A stretch of 64,000 nucleotides of DNA from contig OZ004610.1 in NCBI GenBank assembly GCA_963924565.1, forward strand, positions 11,532,001-11,596,000. Direction: 5' to 3'. This stretch comes from Ascidiella aspersa. Its lineage: Eukaryota. Numbering within the stretch: position 1 is the stretch's first letter; every line of letters starts with the position of its first letter. Shown piece by piece: positions 27,578-37,791 of the stretch. The position numbers and the translations under genes were made by a program. The notes below the pieces were generated by a model. The model worked only from the letters and a program-made list of their open reading frames with translations, was not told where the DNA came from and ran no database searches.

Positions 27578-28778
27578 TAGTTTTACCAAATCGGTTATGT
27601 GTCGTTATTTATTTTATAGAAAAAAAAACGTCCAAAACTTTTTTGCAGGGTTTCTAATCGTAGATTTTTTACGGGCAACCTTAGCCTCGATACCTAGCGC
27701 CTACCTGCCTCCTGACATTTTTTGAAAGCAAGAAGGTTACAAATAAATAATTTTATTCTGTTATGTGCAATCAAGAAGCATAATTCCGTAATAAATATTT
27801 GACACATGTTTTTGCGTCCTAGTCAATGAGGTTGTCCCAGTAATAAGCATAACGTCTATTCAGGACTTGTATATATCGGGGCGTGCTGTAAGATTTTAAA
27901 GTACATGAACCAGTCGATACACCTATAGATAAAAATGATTGATCGTTTGCCACCCTGCGCAAACCATGCTGGCGTGCACTAGTGACGTGACTGCCGGGGC
28001 TCGGGAGTAGCTGCTTGTGGGACGTAGCAGGATGTTATTTCACAGCAGTTCCGATCGCCGTCTCTCTGCTTGGCGGACAAACAACAACGTTGAGCCCTTG
28101 GCCTAGCAAAAGCAACAAAACTATACCCGCGTCGCTTTCCATGCATCCGCCTTCACTTTTCCGAGTGCACTTGCCACTTCCCGACTAGTTTTCCGGGGAC
28201 TCACGTTCCATCATAGGATCGGTCGACACACCCCACCCCATATCTATGTGCTTCTGTGCATTTTACCCATCAAATGCTCAATCAATTGCCAATTTTTTAC
28301 GCCATGCAAAAAAAAATCAAGTGGATTTATGACCACGTTAGGTTTTGAAGGCCATGAAACCATCCCGTTAAGTTTGTCACGCAAAAAAGTAAACATGCAA
28401 TGTTTTAAAAATTGTATCACAAATCAGTATGGTTGAGGGAAAACCAAAAGGAAAATCCTGCCCTGGCTGTCTAAACTTACAAAGCAACTCGCACGTGATA
28501 GGTCCGCAACATGTGTCTCAGTTGTTTTAATTTTTAATATACTCTCTGCTCACGAAATGCAGACTCAGCAAACACAGAACAGACATATTAGCAAAGTTAT
28601 CTGTCAAACAAACAGCCCCAGCGAGTGATGTGATGGCGTCGGCGTTGTGTTCATTGCATCATACATTTTACACGCACCTGTGCTTGAGCGTTGGTGACAT
28701 CCGAGTATCTTTTGGTCAAGTGCCCTGCCGGAGGAAGCCGCAACACTTTGCACATCCTAAACTTCCTCTGTGAAGGTC

Positions 28779-28816
28779 CATAAATTGAGCGTCCTCACGC
28801 CGTTTCAAATCAGATC
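28779..28816 (+). promoter_or_regulatory. Candidate TATA-like box (CATAAAT) and initiator of the secreted-protein gene
   Basis: CATAAAT at 28779 and TCAGATC ~31 nt downstream, ~55 nt before the ATG; same arrangement in copy 2. Confidence 0.4.
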
Positions 28817-28867
28817 ATCTTGTTGTATTAATCAATAGGAAGATCAGACAACGAACGAACAAGGAAG

Positions 28868-31800
28868 ATGAAGATTCTGCTGCTCCTTCTCGCATATGTT
28901 GCGGTAAGAAATAAAATTATATTATTGCGCTTTGACGTTTTTCGCTATTGCCTGTTGAAGGTCGCCGGCTGCACGGTGGTGAGTTTACACATAAACCCTA
29001 AAATTTTGGTAACCTATACAAGAAGAGTGGCTTGAATATAAACACATGATTTGTTTGTTTTGTTTTGTTATATTGTGGGAAATATTACAAAATATGCTTT
29101 TCTCTTTTACGATTTGCAGTTTGCGGCCTTGTCGGCTTCGAAATTGTTACTGCGCATACGTTAGTTGAACTCGGGAATCGATGTCTTAAGTTTTTTTGTT
29201 TTTGCACGAGCACAAATCAGATGAGACACTACTGCAACTTTGGTTTAAAACAAAAAAAGCTGTAAATCTTTTTTTCATTTTCAGGCGACGAACGCGTTCT
29301 ATTACCGTAGTTACTACTACACGTACGGCTACCGGTACCCGACCAGAAGCTACTACAGCTACAATATCTACTTTGTCAAATCCTGGTGCACAGTCAGCTA
29401 CTACTCGCCCATTCTCAAGCTCTACCCTGGCGACGATTGCAAAACCGAGGGTTGGGTCGGTAAGTAATTGTCACAAACAAAATATCCAAGTGTTGCAAAA
29501 AATATAGCGTATCGGACACTCCCAGACTTGCAGTCGTATTGTTTTTAATTTAATTCAGTAATTTTGATCCCTGGGCATTTATATCACTCAAGGCCAACAG
29601 CTGCAGGTCGAGTGAGGTTATTGTCCCATCATATGTTAAATCTTCCTATTTTTCTAAGCGACCAAAAACGATCATTTCTTAATCATTAGGAATAGAAAAA
29701 TGTAGAATATTCTAAAACGTCCTTCGCTTTAACCTTGCAAAGCCTAAAGATAAATGTATCGCGCTTACCAAGCGGTGATTCCATCAATTGCATCTATTTT
29801 TTAAGCTAAAATAGGCTATTTTTTCACAAATGGGAGAATTTCGCACTTTAAACTTACTTTTCAGAAAAAGATGTCCCGGACGTTAAACTGGAAATGGAAA
29901 ATCTGCTCAAAGAAAAACTTCTCGAAATCACCACCCAGATGACAAATAGGCGGGATACCGCTGTCGGTTATGTCGAATCGATCCACACGCAGTACAAGGC
30001 CTTGTATAAGAGCCGCATGACCACGTACTACCAGTATCTTATCGAGTGAGTGGCAAAAAAACTTTGTATCCTTGCAGGCAGTGTATATTAATGAATTTCT
30101 ATTCACTTTTTATGCCAACTCAGCCCATAACTTAGTGCAGCCCAGCCCAGTCCTGCTATATGACGCCTGGCTTGTTTATGTTTGCTTCGAGAAATTACTT
30201 AGGGTCGACATGTTAATGTGAGGTAAAATTTGTCACATTCAGGCTGCAACACTTATTGATCTCTCCAAAACATATATTGTAACAGTTACCAATCTCTTAA
30301 AATTACGGAAAGCTGTTTAGTTAAAAAACTTCTTACTGTATTATATTTAAAATAAAAAACAAAATCGTTAGTTGCATGTTCGCTTGTTTGTTATGACTTT
30401 CAGCTGCAATGTTAAGCTCGCCCAACCTACAGAACACAAACGTATTTATGGTCTTCCTTTATTTTACGAAGCCGCGCTACAACGGAAACGGAAAAGACAG
30501 AAATTGCGGCAAAGAGGGACCTAGAAATTAAACAATACGACGATAAACTGGATGCCACCAAAACCCGATTTGAGGCCAACTACAATTTAAGAATTGAGTC
30601 GAAGCTCAACTTAGTCAAGGCTTTCCACGCCCAACTCTTGGGAAAGTAAGTAAAATCAAAAAGAGTGGTGCCCATCAAACGTTGTTTATCGCCTTCTGAA
30701 AAGCACCATAGGTTGTGAGCAGTGGTGGGATTCAGCCGGTTCACATCGGTTCTATAGGACCGCCTCGCGAAATTTTATGAGATCAGCAAACCGGTTAGTT
30801 AGCATGACTGGTTACTGTCAATAGAATTTTGCATCTTATCTGATACACCGATTTTTTATATCCAAATAGCTCATGTGTTCTTTTTTCTTAAAATGTGCAA
30901 TGGTCAAGTTTAAACGTAACAGACATCCATTGTGTTAATTTTATAATTGTAGTAATTTTACTTTTGTGATTTTTTTTATCTGAAAATTAAACTGTTGCGT
31001 CTTAAGTACAAATAGTCATGGGAAGAACGATGGAACATGGAGTAACATTCTGTTCGTGCATCTACTTTTATTATTTGCGCGTTTTAACGTAACCACGATT
31101 TGCTCGTGTAACAGGGCCGAGCAATGTCTCATTTCGAGGAAGGCCAACATCGAAAAGTTTAAGCTGCAGCTGGACGCCTCGCTCAAGGCGTACGTCGACA
31201 GATACACCGCTCTCCACGCCGCTCGCGTTGCCAAGAAGGTGGCCTACTACAAGGCACTTCTTATCCGTGTCCACGGTAAGTACGGTCCTCTTTGCTGGGA
31301 AGGTAAATCGTTTCCGACCAGTCCTAACACTAAATTGTCTCAGGTGAATTAAAACCGTTCAATGTTATTTAAATAGTGGTTAATTTAACTTAACAATCGG
31401 TAACTAATATTTTGAATAATAATTTATTCTAATATTAATTTTACTAATTATATGCCTTATTTTTTTACAAGAATTTAGGATTTCTGTTTACGTTCTTCAT
31501 ATAGATGTTGAAAATGAATAGAGATATTTGAAAACTTTAAAAATGATACCTACTTCCGTATGGGCTTTGATATTCTTATTACGTCCTTGATATTGTTTTG
31601 TTGTTGATATATCTATATATATCCGTAAAAAACATTTAATCCGGAAACAGTGGCAAAAAGCCTTAACCCGGTTTATAAACTGTTAAGTTAACACTTTTGC
31701 ATTGGTCATTGAATTGCAACTATTTCAAATCAATAGGTGACGAAGAATGGAAGAAAACAGAAACCCAGGCACTTGTGGACGCCTACAGCACTGCCGAGCT

Positions 31801-34101
31801 TGCAAAAAGCGAGGGCACCGACGGTTACCTGAAGAAAATAGAAGAGTACAAAGAAAAGCTGATCCAACGCTACTGCTGCGCTAGCCGCTGTGGTCTTTGC
31901 AACGGGTGCTACTACTACTACAAGAAGTATTATACCAGCTACAGGTAATTGGAAAACGACCTCTTTATTTGGAAAACCATCTGGTAATTTGGAAAACTAA
32001 CTCTCTTGTTTGACAAGAATTGGTAATTGCCCTAACCTGACACAAAACGACGAAATTACTGAAGTTGCATTAATCCTCAACGTTTTAATGCTATGCTTTT
32101 CTTTTTAGTTACAGTCTCGGGAGTTGGTGGATATACAGACCGGTCACCAGTTACAGTACCTCCTGCTATTATAACTTCAAAGAAACTGCCCTTCCCCAAT
32201 GGCGCACAGTCAAATACTCGGATTTGGTTACCTGTGATGTCGGTAAGGGTCTAACAAAACGTCATAATCTTATAGTTATTTTTTAGATGTGATTTTTAAA
32301 TCGGTCTCTTTTCATTCTCGTTAATGTCAAATAAACACAAAAGTGCAGTTAGAAAAAACATGCAAATAAACCGCACGTTTTTAAGTATTCGGTCGAAATT
32401 AGCCAATGCCTGCCTGAAAACAATAATAATTTGGACTTAAATTTTCGTATGGTGTCTAACTTTTCTCCTTTATTTTCAGACGCCGTCAATGTACCAGAGG
32501 CCGACGCCGGCAATGAATTCACCAAAGCTTGTGACAAGGCTGTTGAAGATACAAGGGCGAGGTTTGCCACCTGGAAGGCTAAGTGGATGGACCATTGCAG
32601 CAGAATCGAGACCTACTACAAAACCCTTGTCGACTCAAGGCTTAACTGGGTTGTCAGATACTACACGCTTGTCTTTCAGGCCAGGTATTGACACCACTTT
32701 CATAAATGCATTTATAAACCGGCCAACTCGTATTCCGGTTGGTGCAATTTAAATTTGCCAATATTTCCAATAGTAGGATTTATGAACGATAAACTACAAC
32801 CACTCCCGAGGTACCATGGCGAAACAAATGTGCCATGCAAAATGTCGGCGAATTAACTTTTAAGATCCGTATGACAAAATGTGTGACTTGGGTAGTCAAG
32901 TCAGTAGTGAAACACTGGCATAACGACTGGGTGCTTGTTTAGTTCAAAAAAATTTATACACTTATATCCAAGTTAAAGCAAAAGTTATTATCATCGCGTG
33001 AAAATTCCCTGCTTTCTCTAGGAAGTTTCGCCGAGTGGTTTCTTCTCGAATTGGAACACTCTACGCAATACTAATTAATTTTTGCAGGAACAACAGCCTA
33101 ACCCTGAGCCCAGCGCAGGAGGCCTACATCGCATCGCTCAAATTACAAAATGAAGGCAGATGCATCGCTGCTTGTTCAACGTACAAGGCCAGTCTGGAGG
33201 CATCTTTGGCAACCGCCGAAGCTACTTTTGAAACCAATATCACTGCCTACAAAGAAAAGCTTGCAACCTTCCTGGATAGCTTTGTTGCTAAGTACAAGGA
33301 GTGTTTGGATGCTCGTACTAAAAAGATCGACGCATATAAGCTTGAGCTGGAGTCCGGTCAAGCCACTTTGAAAGCGACGCTGACTGCCCAACTCGAAGCA
33401 GTAAGAATAACTTTAGCATAAATACATAAGCATATAATAAACGGCTTAATAAACAGCATAATGTATAAGCATAATCAACAGAAAAAGACTTCGTAACTGT
33501 TTTTATTACTAAATAGTCTAGGTTCACGGTTTACTGGCGTGTTTGACTATTCGGTTCAAATTCACGCCGTCCTAAAAATGTGCGAACGGTCAAAGGACAC
33601 ACAAGATTGAAAAACTTAAGTTAAGCTAACCCTGTTGTTTTGCAGTACGTCACAGACAACAAGGCCGCCTATGAGAAAATGCTCAAGCACTTCCACGGCG
33701 AAGAGCTTCCCGCCGAAGCACAGACCATGCTGACTTGCTACGAGACGCTGCTGCAGGGAAAGAGCGACGAGGTTTCTACCGATTTCGACACTAACTACGC
33801 CGACATGATTCCCAAGCTCGTCATGCACATGGCTTGCACCGAAAAGTGCATTTCCCAGGCCGCCACTTCCTTCCCGGCCTACACGTTCAGCTACTATTAC
33901 TTCTGGCGTTACACCTATCCCACCTACACCAGATACACCTACTTGCTTGGCTTCTACCAGTAAGTTAAAATTTCAAATTATTTTGTATTTTGTTTTTAAT
34001 TACAAGTATAAATATTTAACTAATAATTTGTTTTCAGGCGATACCGCTACATCCGTGTCAGCTACCGATACAGCTCACGGCGATACGTTTTGCTGTACTA
34101 G
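28868..34101 (+). CDS. Secreted Tyr-rich two-repeat helical protein, copy 1, 654 aa; join(28868..28903,29285..29459,29865..30045,30472..30645,31115..31275,31737..31944,32109..32242,32480..32684,33088..33400,33646..33959,34038..34101). Possibly related to ascidian endostyle-specific Ends proteins (unverified)
   Basis: All 10 introns are GT-AG with consistent phases (1965 nt). Signal peptide MKILLLLLAYVAATNA; mature N-terminus FYYRSYYYTYGYRY...; C-terminus ...RYRYIRVSYRYSSRRYVLLY*; AATAAA at 34187. Confidence 0.88.
30720..31030. mobile_element. MITE-like remnant in intron 4 of the secreted-protein gene (longer in copy 2, ~39637..40005)
   Basis: Starts CAGTGGTGGGATTCAGCCGGTTC; copy 2 keeps a second GATTCAGCCGGTTC near 39981 that copy 1 lacks. 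Confidence 0.45.
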
Positions 34102-34186
34102 ACGTACAGCATTCGCCAAATCACCGGCCATCCAAACAAGGCACTCTCTGTTCCAATGTTTTGTAGTTTTTAGTTGTAGCGTCGCC

Positions 34187-34192
34187 AATAAA
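34187..34192 (+). terminator. Polyadenylation signal of secreted-protein copy 1
   Basis: AATAAA 86 nt after the stop; equivalent at 43159 in copy 2. Confidence 0.65.
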
Positions 34193-35841
34193 AGGCCGTG
34201 TGAAATACCAAGTTGTTATTTTTGCTTCTAAGTTTATCTGAGTATTTTAGCCAATTAAAGACCAAAAAGGTTACATGATGTAAAATGACTGATTAAGTTT
34301 CACAGAGAATAATGTAATATAGATTACCATAGATTTTTTTATGTAAAAATCAAGACTCGTTGTTATCAAAAACTATTAAACCAATTTGTTTATTGCCATA
34401 CAGACGATTATTGATTAAATTGAGAATTTAAATATATCACAGCATTTTAATAGTTTTTTTTCGTTAAATTATACAAAAAATAATCGACGTAAGTAATAAT
34501 GGTCCAACCCACTGATCTGGTCCAACCCTAGCAACTAAAAATATTCTTTGTTAAGGCTGGTTCGCACTAGATGCGTCTAGCGTTAACGTAAAACGTTTTT
34601 AAAAAAGCTTTCGGTTGTGGGAAAGTTGAACTATTTCAACTTTTACACTTTCGGTTACAAGCGAGGAAATTTGCCGTTAACGCTGGCAACGCGTTATGTG
34701 TGAACTGACTCTACGTCTACGAAAACCAATCACCTGTATCTCGTCGTTACTCATTGAAGTAATGATGCATAAATAATAATACTTGGATTTGATATGCCAA
34801 ATGAAAAATGATAACTATTTGTTCATATGTACTCTAATTTTTCAAAATCTGATAACCAATCAAATTAACTTTGAAACACAGAATTCTATGAAACGCGCGA
34901 ACGTTTAAAATTGTTCATGCGAAACTGGTCACGTGGTTAACAGTTGCAAAATGTAAACAGAGTTCAGTACGGTTTCATCCGTTTACAAAGTTTATACCGC
35001 TTTTAGCTGAAAGGGTTGCGCAAATATTCATTTAATTAAAGTGATATTATGTGAACTTTTTTAAGCGCTTATAAACTAAACACTTGGTTACAACCTTGTC
35101 ATCGAAATATAATATCTAAACTGGGTTTCAATCCTTGTAAGTGTAGCTTAAGGCTCGACAAACATTTAATGTAATATAAAGGTCATACTAAACTTGAATT
35201 TTCAGTTTCTATTCTTTTCATTGAATAGCCTCCTGTAACGCTTGATTCTGTTAGTTAAGATGCAAGGGATATATGGTTTCCAGGTTAGAACGGCCTGCAC
35301 TAGGGGATTTGTACTCGGCCGCGGTCATAGCCGGGCATTTCATGTAAAATCAACGTATAATGCGGTCAGCCGCGAAAAATAGCTCAAACGTGCAAAACTT
35401 TTGTCACACCAACAGTTTTGAAACTGGTATTGTGTGACCCAGGTTGGAAAGTTAAGCCCACACAGTTGCACTCTTCGCCACGGTCTTAGCTGCGCATTTT
35501 GTGTAAAATTGCCGTAAAATGCCATCTGCAAAGAAACATCACTCAAATGCGCAAAAATTTTGTTGCTTCTGGTTTCTCTATAGTATGTCATTTTCAGCCA
35601 TGCAAGTTTTAGAAATAATGTTATTCCAGCTACCCAAATTTAAGCAGAAATTTTATTCCAGCCAAACATATTTAATAAACGCATTGTCCGCGTAATATTT
35701 TAAGTTTCAAATCCGGAGTGTGACCTGGCATTACAAGTTCAACAAGATGTACTAATTTTTTTCTTATCTATCCTTTTTTTATGTCAATAGGAATATAAGG
35801 CAAATGTATTGTGTGGACATCTGCTAACATAGGTCCAAAAT

Positions 35842-36585
35842 ATGGAGGTTTCACCTGAGGCTCAAGGTGTTGATCTTTTGTTTAAAAAGTTAGGTAAGTG
35901 TGTACCGTACCCTGTTTGTACCACCTGAATTTATGAAACACAATTAAAACCACCAGTAACGTGGAAGCTGTACAGTGAAACTTTAGAAGTGTTTAAAAAG
36001 TAATTTAAGGTATTGATTGTGTTCTACCATAGATCAGATTTTGTTAAAATAACCTTATGCATCTTACTGATATAAAAGTAACCTGCTCATTTGGAAAGTA
36101 TGGCAGATCTCAACAAGATTGTGTGGGTGTACGGCTAAAAAAATCTTTCGACAGGGTACACCAATGGTCAAAAGTGCATCCCGCTTATGTACCTATAGTA
36201 AACCAGGGTGCATATTTTTTTATTTTTTGGGGTGCAGTTTGGGTCAGTTAAAAAACTTGTGAGTGTATTTGCCATACTTTCCACCATGGGAGAATCCTCA
36301 CATTTTAATAGTAAGTGGTAAATACTTTCTTTATACAAGGCACAGTGGATATTTAATTGTTTAATTTTTAAGTAGTATATGTACTGTATCTTTGCAGGAC
36401 ATAACATTGCTGAAATTCGAACTCGGGCATTAGAAAGCATTTGGTCCAAACTGGAACATGGCTTGATTCATGATGCTGACTTAGTTCAAGAAAAACAGCT
36501 TATGATTCGGCTTCTGGAGTGGTTTAACTTCAATCCATCACCAAAGCAAGACCTGGTGTTACAACTTCTTGCTAGGCTGGTTAAA
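35842..36585 (+). pseudogene. RTTN: Truncated duplicate of rotatin coding exons 1-2; join(35842..35893,36398..36585)
   Basis: Encodes [62 protein letters not shown]...LLARLVK, the same protein as at 45182..45925; the duplication junction lies ~45 nt into intron 2. Confidence 0.85.
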
Positions 36586-37791
36586 GTAAATGATACTTCA
36601 ATAAAATAAAACTCTGCATTAGTTTTGGGAACTCTGTATTATTTTGTTTTTTATTTTAACTCTGTATTAGTTTTTTTTTATTTTGTTATGTGCAATCAAG
36701 AAGCATAATTCCGTAATAAATATTTGACACATGTTTTTGCGTCCTAGTCAATGAGGTTGTCCCAGTAATAAGCATAACGTCTATTTAGGACTTGTATATA
36801 TCGGGGCGTGCTGAAAGATTTTAAAGTACATGAACCAGTCGATACACCTATAGATAAAAATGATTGATCGTTTGCCACCCTGCGCAAACCATGCTGGCGT
36901 GCACTAGTGACGTGACTGCCGGGGCTCGGGAGTAGCTGCTTGTGGGACGTAGCAGGATGTTATTTCACAGCAGTTCCGATCGCCGTCTCTCTGCTTGGTG
37001 GACAAACAACCACGTTGAGCCCTTGGCATCGCAAAAGCAACAAAACTATACCCGCGTCGCTTTCCATGCATCCGCCTTCACTTTTCCGAGTGCACTTGCC
37101 ACTTCCCGACTAGTTTTGCGGGAACTCACGTTCCATCATAGGATCGGTCGACACACCCCACCCCATACCTATGAGCTTCTGTGCATTTTACCCATCAAAT
37201 GCTCAATGAGTTGCAAATTTTTTACGCCATGCAAAAAAAAATCAAGTGGATTTATGACCACGTTTGGTTTTGAAGGCCATGAAACCATCCCGTTAAGTTT
37301 GTCACGCAAGAAAGTAAACATGCAATGTTTTAAAAATTGTATCACAAATCAGTATGGTTGAGGGAAAACCAAAAGGAAAATCCTGCCCTGGCTGCCTAAA
37401 CTTACAAAGCAACTCGCACGTGATAGGTCCGCAACATGTATCTCAGTTGTTTTAATTTTTAATATACTCTCTGCTCACGAAATGCAGACTCAGCAAACAC
37501 AGAACAGACATATTAGAAAAGTTATCTGTCAAACAAACAGCCCCAGCGAGTGATGTGATGGCGTCGGCGTTGTGTTCATTGCATCATACATTTACACGCA
37601 CCTGTGCTTGAGCGTTGGTGACATCCGGGTATCTTTTGGTCAAGTGCCCTGCCGGAGGAAGCCGCAACACTTTGCACATCCTAAACTTCCTCTGTGAAGG
37701 TCCATAAATTGAGCGTCCTCACGCCGTTTCAAATCAGATCATCTTGTTGTATTAATCAATAGGAAGATCAGACAACGAACGAACAAGGAAG

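Larger units (their letters stand above)
27759..36629 (+). repeat. Tandem segmental duplication, copy 1 (~8.9 kb)
   Basis: Near-identical to 36684..45969 at an initial offset of ~8925 bp, including introns and intergenic DNA. Confidence 0.95.

Noticed and set aside
26598-27580. Overlapping short ORFs after TMCC
   Set aside because: Mostly non-ATG starts, no recognisable motifs or exon structure; best read as TMCC 3' UTR.
29196-29507. Thr-rich mucin-like ORF (TTTRTATGTRPEATTAT), also 38120..38614
   Set aside because: Alternative frame of the TAC-rich Tyr exon; splice phases select the Tyr frame.
30401-30471. Upstream CAG acceptor at 30403 for exon 4 of the secreted protein
   Set aside because: It leads to an in-frame TAG; the AAG acceptor at 30471 keeps the frame and the internal-repeat alignment in both copies.
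25520-35842. Tunicate-style operon of three co-oriented genes
   Set aside because: Gaps of more than 1 kb between polyA signals and the next ATG, and the middle gene has its own TATA-like promoter; spliced-leader data would be needed.
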